Positions 40,819 to 49,158 of a stretch of 64,000 bases of DNA are shown one piece after another. A model generated the notes under the pieces. The model saw only the letters and a program-made list of their open reading frames with translations, had not been told where the DNA came from and did not search any database. Origin of the DNA: Myxococcales bacterium (GTDB taxonomy: Bacteria > Myxococcota_A > Polyangia > Polyangiales > GCA-016699535); the NCBI GenBank assembly GCA_016699535.1, contig CP064980.1, positions 593,728-657,727 on the forward strand, read 5' to 3'. Within the stretch, counting starts at the first letter, position 1. Every line of letters starts with the position of its first letter. Both the position numbers and the translations under genes were made by a program.

Positions 40819-41592
40819 GTGACAATCGAACTCACAGTATTGGGCTGCCACGGTGGGGAAACAAAAGTGCACCGTACCTCCGCTTTTATGTTGAATAAGC
40901 GAGTTGTACTTGATGCCGGCGCTTTGACCAGCATGCTCACCTTAGAAGAGCAACAGAAGATTGCAGCGGTCTTAGTCAGTCACGCTCACATGGACCACGT
41001 GCGGGATCTTGCTACGCTTGCCGATAATCGTTTTCAGCAAGGGGGTCCATCTATTGTGGTTGCTGCTTCACAAGGAACGATTGATTCGCTGCGCACTCAT
41101 TTTTTCAACGGCAAGCTTTGGCCTGATTTCACTAAAATTAATACAAAAGATGGTCCCACTGTTGTTTTTAAAGTCCTGGAGCCGGAAAAATCTCAAAAAA
41201 TAGCTGGCTTCGATGTCAAAACGATTCCAGTTCACCACACGATTGAGACAACGGCCTTTGTCGTGGACGACGGTAACTCTTCTATTGTGTACAGCGGCGA
41301 TACTGGTCCGACCGAACGGTTGTGGAAAGTAATTGAAAAACAAAAGAATCTAAAAGGGTTGCTTATGGAAGTGTCCTTTCCAAACGATCACCAAGGCATT
41401 GCAAAAGCTTCAGGTCATCATACGCCCATAACTTTGGCAGAAGAACTTAAAAAGCTGCATTCGCATCCCGATCTGCCTGTCATGCTTTTTCACATCAAAC
41501 CGGTGTTCCAAGCCCAGGTCGAAAAAGAAATTGCAAAGTTCTCTCGCTCTTCTTTGGAAGTTCTTAAACTCGGCGACCATTTTAGCTTCTAA
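40819..41592 (+). CDS. MBL-fold hydrolase, class-II 3',5'-cyclic-nucleotide phosphodiesterase-like
   Basis: LTVLGCHGGE..., VSHAHMDHVRDL (HxHxDH). 257 aa. GTG start. Confidence 0.7.
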   Translation: MTIELTVLGCHGGETKVHRTSAFMLNKRVVLDAGALTSMLTLEEQQKIAAVLVSHAHMDHVRDLATLADNRFQQGGPSIVVAASQGTIDSLRTHFFNGKLWPDFTKINTKDGPTVVFKVLEPEKSQKIAGFDVKTIPVHHTIETTAFVVDDGNSSIVYSGDTGPTERLWKVIEKQKNLKGLLMEVSFPNDHQGIAKASGHHTPITLAEELKKLHSHPDLPVMLFHIKPVFQAQVEKEIAKFSRSSLEVLKLGDHFSF

Positions 41593-41639
41593 ATACTCAA
41601 CGCAAAGCTGTTGCTTTTATTCAATGCAGCTCTTTTGTC

Positions 41640-41900
41640 TTACTGCAAACAAACCATACCGGGCATGACACACGCGCCTTGAAGAGGATTACAGCACTGC
41701 ATCGGTGGTGCACATGTCGTATCGCCACAGGGTACTGATGCGGCATCAATTCCAACATCGATAGCCGCATCGCTCACGTCCACGACATCAGAAGAAACGT
41801 CAACCGAGGCATCCTCGTTTGAACTCGTACTGCCGTCATCGCAACTAAGCACAAAAACCAACAGCCCAAGTACAATGATATTCAACCATTTAGATCGCAT
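41640..41900 (-). CDS. small acidic lipoprotein with C-terminal six-Cys knottin-like module
   Basis: Lipobox VLSC. D/S/V-rich acidic linker. C-terminus CGDTTCAPPMQCCNPLQGACVMPGMVC (C-x4-C-x5-CC-x6-C-x6-C). Start trimmed to MRSKWLN. Confidence 0.5.
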   Translation of the reverse strand: MRSKWLNIIVLGLLVFVLSCDDGSTSSNEDASVDVSSDVVDVSDAAIDVGIDAASVPCGDTTCAPPMQCCNPLQGACVMPGMVCLQ

Positions 41901-41974
41901 ATACTGATCATTTAAAAGCTCAAAACACCTGAATAGCAAGCGTTTCAGCGAACAAAAACTTATTCACATGAACA

Positions 41975-43132
41975 CTAGCAGTCCGCACTGCAATTCATTG
42001 GCGTTTCAGGGCCTGCACAGTATCCATCACCACAACACATGGAAGTTTGCCCTGGTGGGCAAGAAGGAAGCTGACCGGTGTTGTTTCCTCCCGGATCCGG
42101 CGCAAACGAATCGTCGGGACTCGCGTGATAACACCGTGGGATGTAGGGAAAGGTTTCAGTGAGGTAATAATGATAAGTAGTCATTTGCTCACCGTTAACA
42201 CTGACTACACCCGTACGACCGTTGCACTCATCTAAATCACCTGAGTCCTCTGCATACTGCCAATCTTGAACAAAGGTGCCATCGTAGCTGCCACCGGGAC
42301 CAGAACTTCCTGATGGACGCGTTCCGTTTTTGAGTGCATAGCTTGATTTAAGTTCGATAAGATTACTTTGCACATCATTCGCGTCTTCATAGCCCCACTT
42401 TGCAAACACCGGGTAGCCGTCGGCTGCCCACCCAACAAAAGTTAGCGCAGGACTGCTTGGCAACAGACCCGTTGGAATCCCGTGATAGTGATAGGAACCA
42501 TCGGGTTGCACATGTGCGAAATTGCAATCCACTCCAAGTCCGTTTGGATGCATAGTCGTATCGCTGCCACCGTTGACTTGAAAATAGTCTGGCGCATCCG
42601 CATAACGCAGGGCTTCATAGCGCCAATCTGGGTTATCTCGCCACATCTCGGCTGTGCCGGGCTCAAAAACAACGCCGCTGATCGCTATCCCAAAAGTAAG
42701 TTCGGAATCTTCACCCTTCCCTGACGGAGAAACGGGCACTTCGAAATTATAACTTTGAGCTGCAATGGTGTTGGGATTGTCATTGTTTGGGAATTCACCA
42801 ACATCATGGTTGGGAATACCGTTGGCGGTAATCAGGCGTTTATTTCCAGAAATGCTTTCAAGGTATTGATGCTGAGTTCCAATGGAACATCCAAGCGCTG
42901 CACTTGTAAGTTCACAAGCTAGGGGTTGGACGTTAAAGTTACTCGTATCCGAACTGCTTTGCGGTGTTGGCGTTGCGGTGCTTACCGTGCCAACATCATC
43001 GCAATCAACAACTGTTGTGTCTGAATCATCGTTCGCACTTGCATCGTTCAGACCGCCATCCGAGCCTGCGATAGGACTTTTCGAATCGCCACAAGCCGAA
43101 AAGCCAATCAGCCCTACGAGCATCGTAGCCAT
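41975..43132 (-). CDS. YHYH-domain lipoprotein with Cys-rich C-terminal module
   Basis: Lipobox GFSAC. DGSYHYHGIPTGLL and TTYHYYLT motifs (YHYH family). C-terminus CPPGQTSMCCGDGYCAGPETPMNCSADC. Start trimmed to MATMLVG. Confidence 0.7.
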   Translation of the reverse strand: MATMLVGLIGFSACGDSKSPIAGSDGGLNDASANDDSDTTVVDCDDVGTVSTATPTPQSSSDTSNFNVQPLACELTSAALGCSIGTQHQYLESISGNKRLITANGIPNHDVGEFPNNDNPNTIAAQSYNFEVPVSPSGKGEDSELTFGIAISGVVFEPGTAEMWRDNPDWRYEALRYADAPDYFQVNGGSDTTMHPNGLGVDCNFAHVQPDGSYHYHGIPTGLLPSSPALTFVGWAADGYPVFAKWGYEDANDVQSNLIELKSSYALKNGTRPSGSSGPGGSYDGTFVQDWQYAEDSGDLDECNGRTGVVSVNGEQMTTYHYYLTETFPYIPRCYHASPDDSFAPDPGGNNTGQLPSCPPGQTSMCCGDGYCAGPETPMNCSADC

Positions 43133-43145
43133 ACCAAAACGTTGT

Positions 43146-43733
43146 TTAAGGTGTCGTCTCACGTTTTTCCCTCTGGTTATCAAAAAATACTCGCAATGCT
43201 TTGTGGCCCGCAAGTTGATGGTGCACCGGACCCTCAATTAAACGTCGCTCATGTCGGTTTCGTTCTTTGGAAAAACGAAATGCACTTAGCCGGTAAGTCT
43301 CGCCATCATCACCTTTGAGCGTGATCACAAGTGCCTTTGGCTCTCTTTTCCATAGATACCGCAAAGTCACTCGCAAATAACTCGCACCGCGTTCAGGATG
43401 GTTATGGACATGTGGCGTACTTAAATCAGAAAAGAGCAGTTTACCCAGCTGACCTTTTTCGTCTTTTAGTTCAAGTTTTTTGGTAAAATCCTTGAGCATG
43501 GCACGACGTGAAGCCTGTGTTTCTTGAGACTGAAAATAGCCGTCGTGATTGACATCAAACGATGCAAAACGCTTGGCCGTGGGTGTCATGACAAGATCCA
43601 CTTGTTTTCCAGAAATCCGTAGATCAGCATGCTCTGGACTAAAACCATGCGCAAAAGCGATGCACAAAAAAAACTGAACAGCAATGACTACACCCACACA
43701 GCTCAAGCTTGCAAAGCGCATTGATCGTTGCAT
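43146..43733 (-). CDS. secreted protein with a canonical EF-hand loop
   Basis: Signal peptide. DVNHDGYFQSQE fits the 12-residue EF-hand Ca-binding loop. The rest is unassigned. Confidence 0.5.
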   Translation of the reverse strand: MQRSMRFASLSCVGVVIAVQFFLCIAFAHGFSPEHADLRISGKQVDLVMTPTAKRFASFDVNHDGYFQSQETQASRRAMLKDFTKKLELKDEKGQLGKLLFSDLSTPHVHNHPERGASYLRVTLRYLWKREPKALVITLKGDDGETYRLSAFRFSKERNRHERRLIEGPVHHQLAGHKALRVFFDNQREKRETTP

Positions 43734-43783
43734 TCAAAAACCCTATTCGAAAACACGTCCATTGACCATGCCGGCAGCGCTTT

Positions 43784-44551
43784 TCATATGTTCAAGGCCT
43801 GTTTTTGTCTTGGGCTCAAATACTTTGATCCTTCGCGCAAGGTCAAGGAAGAAACAGTTTGCCGGTGACGCTTCAGAAAACCAAAACTTAGATCAGGATT
43901 TTTCTTGGACACTTCACGCAAGATCCAGCCAATCGCCTTGCGAATGAAAAACTCTTTTTCTTGCAGCATGGGCACTGCAAGTTCTTCAAAATAAGTAAAA
44001 TCGCCCTCGCCACAACGTAGCTCAGATAAAAGACTTAGAAGCGCACTTCTTCGAATCCAAAAGTTATCGTGTCTAGCCCAAACTTTCATGCTGCGTCTTG
44101 CGCTTGCATAGCGCTGAACCATCACTGAGAGCACGCCTGTAGCAAGCCAGTCCACGAGCGCCCAGCCGGCACTTTGGATAAGCAAGCTTTTAATTCGACT
44201 AAGATCGCTTGCCAAAAGCCGATCTGAAAAGAGTTCAAGCAGTGCAACACAGAACGATCTGAGTTCATGATTGTCTTTGCGCCAAAGTACATCAACAAGC
44301 GCCCAGAGTTCGTCGTGTGAATAGTCCGGATGCGCCTTGTAAAACATCTTGGCTTGCTTGCGTACAAAGGGAACCCCCGTACCGTAAAACTCAAGCGCGC
44401 TTTTCAGATAACGCTTTTCATAAACAGCCCGCTCCTTACGCCCAGCCTTTCGAAATATCTCATCCAGCTCACTTGCCACATCTGTCACCTTTTTTGTTGC
44501 TTTAATGACAGAATTGTCAGGTTTTTTGGAATTATTTGCCATTTGTTTCAT
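43784..44551 (-). CDS. DNA alkylation repair protein (AlkD-like HEAT repeat family)
   Basis: YLKSALEFYGTGVPFVRK, WALVDWL, FFIRKAIGWILRE: pattern of the DNA_alkylation family. Confidence 0.75.
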   Translation of the reverse strand: MKQMANNSKKPDNSVIKATKKVTDVASELDEIFRKAGRKERAVYEKRYLKSALEFYGTGVPFVRKQAKMFYKAHPDYSHDELWALVDVLWRKDNHELRSFCVALLELFSDRLLASDLSRIKSLLIQSAGWALVDWLATGVLSVMVQRYASARRSMKVWARHDNFWIRRSALLSLLSELRCGEGDFTYFEELAVPMLQEKEFFIRKAIGWILREVSKKNPDLSFGFLKRHRQTVSSLTLREGSKYLSPRQKQALNI

Positions 44552-44660
44552 CGTGCTGCTGTTGTTTAAGATGAAAGGATCTTTGGTGAGACACCCCCTG
44601 CGGGTCTACCGTATCTAATTCTGTTCTAAACAAAAGTAGCACTGACCTCCGTCATCCCTG

Positions 44661-44809
44661 CTTGGGGACATGCTCTGATCTAAATAGTCAAACGATCACA
44701 AGCAATTACAAACCCGATCGCGAAACCGTCGATAAGTACAACGGTTCCGCGATCGGGTTTGTAAGCAATTGATATAATTCAATTTATTTTCCTAAAGCAT
44801 GTCCCCAAG
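44661..44809. mobile_element. 149-bp nested-palindrome, MITE/REPIN-like element
   Basis: Perfect 14-bp terminal IR CTTGGGGACATGCT (44661-44674) / AGCATGTCCCCAAG (44796-44809). Inner hairpin: 44707-44729 pairs with 44741-44763 (23 bp, one mismatch, 11-nt loop). Confidence 0.6.
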
Positions 44810-45417
44810 AAATTTGGTGTAGCAACACAAATGAATGCGAGTCGTGCCCGGACATTCCGCACTGTGCGCAAGGCGATCGAAACTATGAAAGCAAAGCCGC
44901 TTGTTCGGAAGCGGACTATTGCTACAAAGCAAGCGCCTGTAATCGCGAAGTATGGTGTGGACATTTTACGGAACAGCTAACTACATGCCTTGCGTTCCCT
45001 GCTTGCAGCGACGATCAAGTCGAAGCCAATTCACAGACAGGTTGTCCGGAAGATTCTGCTTGCACACCCGAGATTGTATGTGGTTCGGTGCTTTGGTGCG
45101 TATCACCCATCGCAACCGATGCACTCTGTGATTTTGCAGCATGTGAACTTAGCGGTGCTGTTTTCGAATCGGTGAACACATACGAGTGTGGCCTATGTCT
45201 TCTGGAACAAGATTGCTCGTGTCACTGGTCAATATCTTTCACTGAAAGCCGACTGCGTTGGAGCTATGGCGATGTTATGGAAGGGAAGGACTATAGCTGC
45301 ATCGGCGGAAACATCAGCACAAACGATAACAGTTACTCGGGGTTTTATGACCCACGTTCGGGGATTTTAACTTGGGACGGTATCGAATACACGAGAACTG
45401 CGGATCCAACCCTATAA
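44779..45417 (+). pseudogene. cysteine-rich secreted-type protein, 5'-truncated or start-less open frame
   Basis: 213-codon stop-free frame, but the first ATG/GTG/TTG is at 45088. The upstream 103 codons still look coding (…ACPQEIWCSNTNECESCPDIPHCAQG…). No signal peptide. The frame opens inside the palindromic element. Confidence 0.5.
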
Positions 45418-45661
45418 ATTGGTCCTGATCGTGCATCGCATCGGCGAGTCGTAGGGTAGTTTTGAGCATCTATGGCTAAATCCGACTGCAGATAGCACCG
45501 TTATCCCGAATTTAATTCGCGAACTTGGCGTACTTCCGTGTCAAGAAAGCTGGAACCGAGCTTTTGTCGTACAACTTGCATAATACACAAACGGCTTGCA
45601 TGAAACGAATAGGTCTATCATTGTTGCTGGAATACTTTCTTGTAGCCCCATAGGAAATTTT

Positions 45662-47695
45662 ATGCGATTTTGGTGTCTTCTGATCGTGCTAGCCTTAATG
45701 CTCGGCGCGTGCAGCTCATCTTCTTCATCAAACAACGATGAATATGGTCCACCGCTCAACGATGGTAACGGTGCTGGTGTGGTGTGTGAAAGTGATTGCG
45801 CCATCCCTGAGTATTTGCCTAGCGTTGCTGCTTTGCAGGGTGTTTCGGTCAGGGTGCGTCGTGATACCGCAATTGTTAGCTTTGAAGGTGACGCTGCAGG
45901 GCGTGACTACCGCATTTACGTGCAGCCTGAACAAAGCGATGTGATGGTGGATTCAAACGGTGCTCTTAGTATTCAAAATGCGGTCTATCGCTGCGGAGGG
46001 GATCGTCCACTGCCCGAATTTGAAGGAGGGATTTCCGGAGAAGTTCATTTCTACGATCGTAGCGAAAATGAGAGCCTGCTTGGTTACGTTTATTTGTTTG
46101 AAGGTGATGGCCGCATGCCGGTTTATGCACTGGGCGATCCCAATGCACGTGCAGATACTGTGACCGGATCGTATTTTGATGCTGAACGATTGCGCTACTA
46201 CACCACCGATAAAAATAAGCGCGATGAACTGATAGCTTTAGGGTGGCGTGATGATGGCATAGTTTTTTACGTTCCCAGCGCGAGCAGTGAACAGACCAGC
46301 ACACTTTATCGCTATGAGAGCAACCGACAGGCTTACTCTCAAGATCGCCGTTTTGTTTTGCTCCTGGCGGAAGGTCCGGAGTATGAACAACGAAGTGGTG
46401 ATGATGATGCCAAGCCAATCGAAACACTCTTTCCGATCTATAAAGAAGCGCAACCGGATACAGTGGCGCTTCATCGAGTGCTCTATGGAAATGCTGATAT
46501 TCACGATGTCCTTGCTGCTGGAGAGGCGCGTTATCAGCGCATTTTGCATCAAGGTAACTCGCCTATTTGGGAGCTGCAGTGGCCCGGTCTCACTGAGCGC
46601 ACCACCCTTATTGTTGAAGCGCTTGATGAGGGCTGCCCATTTCAAGCTTTCTTAGCACCGCAGGACCATGAGGCTGTTGATCACGTACTGCGCTATACAA
46701 CGATCGCGACTTTGCAAACAGAGTCCAGCACCGGCGAAGCTTTTGTCAATGGCCAGTTCGATGCATCAAACCGTCCGCAGCCTATTGCGCGCGCTGCAGT
46801 GGTGGTTGAGCCTGCTCCAGATCCAGACATGGATTGGTTTGATGGCTTTGCTAACCCCATCACGCCCGATCAATTTGAATTGATCGATGAAGACTACAAC
46901 AACGGCAACGAGCATTTGCGCTCTGAGCTTTACGATGTGGATTTTAATAACACACATAATCCCGTACGACTTTTTGGCACGATGCAAGGCGAGTTTTGGG
47001 TTGCCTTTGCGGATCGGGAAGGCGGTGTTAACGGCCGCTTTCGTTTTGCCCCCTTGCAAATGGCGATGGTAAGCGGTGATTCGTATTTGCACGTCAGCAT
47101 GGAAGCCGATTTGGCCTCGACGGGCAGACGGTATCCGCAATTGATGGTATCAACGCTGCCACCTCCGATTCAGCGCGATCTTGAACAAGGAGAGACCGTC
47201 GTGCTGCAAACATTCGGCGATCGCACCGAGATTCAACTTCAATATTGTGACCATCGCACTTGGGACGTTAACAACCAGTGCCCCATGCTTTCTGTTTACG
47301 GCCGAGAACTAAGTGACTATGAAGATGATACCAGCCCCTGGGCGCCACAACATGCCCCGGCAGAGCTTGCGGCTTTTGATCGTCGTGGCAAGTTTGATTT
47401 GTTCTTATCAACGACGCATGCGTACGTATTTTTCGAAAACAAGCCTTATTCCTGTTCGGTATTGCCCGGCGATGGGCTGCCTGCGGGCGACGTTTCGGTC
47501 AATTTTGGTACCGTGCTTTATCACTCGGGCATTGACGAAGGTGTGGTCTATGGTCCACATGAATACCTAGGGCGTGTGGGTTTTGCGCAAACCAATCGTC
47601 ACTTTGATAATCTTGGTTTCAAGAACCGAAGTGTGCTGCCTCAATGGAATGAGCACATTCCTTGCGTGGAAGGTTCATGGGAAGTTCGAAACTAA
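45662..47695 (+). CDS. hypothetical lipoprotein (677 aa)
   Basis: Lipobox MLGAC followed by a Ser-rich linker. Long uninterrupted ORF, no recognisable family. Start trimmed to MRFWCLL. Confidence 0.6.
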   Translation: MRFWCLLIVLALMLGACSSSSSSNNDEYGPPLNDGNGAGVVCESDCAIPEYLPSVAALQGVSVRVRRDTAIVSFEGDAAGRDYRIYVQPEQSDVMVDSNGALSIQNAVYRCGGDRPLPEFEGGISGEVHFYDRSENESLLGYVYLFEGDGRMPVYALGDPNARADTVTGSYFDAERLRYYTTDKNKRDELIALGWRDDGIVFYVPSASSEQTSTLYRYESNRQAYSQDRRFVLLLAEGPEYEQRSGDDDAKPIETLFPIYKEAQPDTVALHRVLYGNADIHDVLAAGEARYQRILHQGNSPIWELQWPGLTERTTLIVEALDEGCPFQAFLAPQDHEAVDHVLRYTTIATLQTESSTGEAFVNGQFDASNRPQPIARAAVVVEPAPDPDMDWFDGFANPITPDQFELIDEDYNNGNEHLRSELYDVDFNNTHNPVRLFGTMQGEFWVAFADREGGVNGRFRFAPLQMAMVSGDSYLHVSMEADLASTGRRYPQLMVSTLPPPIQRDLEQGETVVLQTFGDRTEIQLQYCDHRTWDVNNQCPMLSVYGRELSDYEDDTSPWAPQHAPAELAAFDRRGKFDLFLSTTHAYVFFENKPYSCSVLPGDGLPAGDVSVNFGTVLYHSGIDEGVVYGPHEYLGRVGFAQTNRHFDNLGFKNRSVLPQWNEHIPCVEGSWEVRN

Positions 47696-49050
47696 CATGC
47701 TGTGCCTGGCTTTGCCTGGTAAGTACGCTCGCTTTTTGCGGAAGTAGTCCTCGAGAAATTGAGCTAAACGACGAAGAAAGCACCCAGCTTCAGCAGCTGT
47801 TTTACAGCGAAGACCTTGAAGCGCCTCCCGATATTAGCAATGCCTATGCCGATGATGCAGACGCAGCTTTGCTAGGCCAGCGTTTTTTCTTTGATCCTAT
47901 CTTTTCGGGTCGCTTGCTTGATGCAGACAACGACGGAATCGACAGCGACGGGGATGGCCAAAGTGATTCACTCGGGTTGGTTGGTGAGACTGGCAAGGTG
48001 TCTTGTGCAGGGTGTCACCTTCCGGAAGCAGGCTTTTCGGACAGTCGCAGCCGAGGCAAACAGATTTCATTGGCCTCAAGCTGGGTGCTGCGAAGAACAC
48101 CAAGTTTACTCGAGGTCGGACATCGCAAGCTGATGATGTGGGACGGCAGACGTGATTCTCTGCATAGCCAAGTCTTCAGCGTGATTGAATCCCCGAGAGA
48201 AATGAACAGCTCAAGGCTCTTTGTGGCCAAACAAATTTGGGAACACTACAAACCGGATTATGAAGCGGTTTTTGGACCGTTGCCACCGCTCGATGACACA
48301 GATCGCTTTGCGGCCTTGGATGCGGAACAAACAGGTTGCGACTTTTCCGTGGGTGAATTCATCAATTGCCATGGAATGCCTGGGGATGGTGCCGAGTTCG
48401 ATGGCATGAGCGAAGCCGACCAAACAGCAGTAACAGAGGTTGTGATAAACTTTGGTAAAGCCATCAGCGCATACGAACGCAAACTTCGTTGTGGGCCGAG
48501 TCTCTTTGATGCATGGCTCAGTGGCGATAACTCAGCATTGAGTCTGTCTGCTCAGCGCGGCGCCAAAATCTTTGTTGGCACGGGTAAGTGCGTTGAGTGC
48601 CATTCTGGACCTCTTCTTAGCGACAATGCGTTTCACAATGTCGGTCTAGAGCCTCGACGGGTTGCCGTAGCTTTTGTTGATGCAGATGACCGAGGCGCCA
48701 TCGTTGGACTTGAAACGCTGCTTAGCGATCCCCTTAATACTCTCGGCCAGTTCAGTGATGGCTATGATGAACGTTTGCCATCGGCGCTTGAGTCGAGCAT
48801 GGAGGGTGCATTTCTCACCCCTCCGCTGAGATGCGTTAGTCTACGACCCTCGTTTATGCACACCGGCCATATCACCGAGCTGGAAGATGTCGTTTCGTTT
48901 TTCAGTCGTGGAGGGGATCCCGCTGGCTATCCAGGAGATAGCGAGATTGGCTACCTCGGCCTCGATACGCAGGAGCAACAGGACTTACTTGCTTTTTTGA
49001 AGGCCCTGGATGGTGCCGGTCCTTCGAGCTCACTGCTTAGCCAGCCATAG
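47677..49050 (+). CDS. di-heme cytochrome c peroxidase (CCP/MauG family)
   Basis: Two heme c motifs, CAGCH and CVECH, at the spacing typical of the family. FHNVG after the second. Signal/lipobox LAFCG. Overlaps the upstream gene by 19 nt. Confidence 0.85.
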   Translation: MGSSKLTCCAWLCLVSTLAFCGSSPREIELNDEESTQLQQLFYSEDLEAPPDISNAYADDADAALLGQRFFFDPIFSGRLLDADNDGIDSDGDGQSDSLGLVGETGKVSCAGCHLPEAGFSDSRSRGKQISLASSWVLRRTPSLLEVGHRKLMMWDGRRDSLHSQVFSVIESPREMNSSRLFVAKQIWEHYKPDYEAVFGPLPPLDDTDRFAALDAEQTGCDFSVGEFINCHGMPGDGAEFDGMSEADQTAVTEVVINFGKAISAYERKLRCGPSLFDAWLSGDNSALSLSAQRGAKIFVGTGKCVECHSGPLLSDNAFHNVGLEPRRVAVAFVDADDRGAIVGLETLLSDPLNTLGQFSDGYDERLPSALESSMEGAFLTPPLRCVSLRPSFMHTGHITELEDVVSFFSRGGDPAGYPGDSEIGYLGLDTQEQQDLLAFLKALDGAGPSSSLLSQP

Positions 49051-49158
49051 GAACTAAGCTCCTGATATCATCTAAAATCTTTGCTTTCTTCGCCTTGACA
49101 CGACAGCCGAGAAGATCCAAACCGGCTATGTAAGTCACTGTAAGGAAGGTTCTTAATT

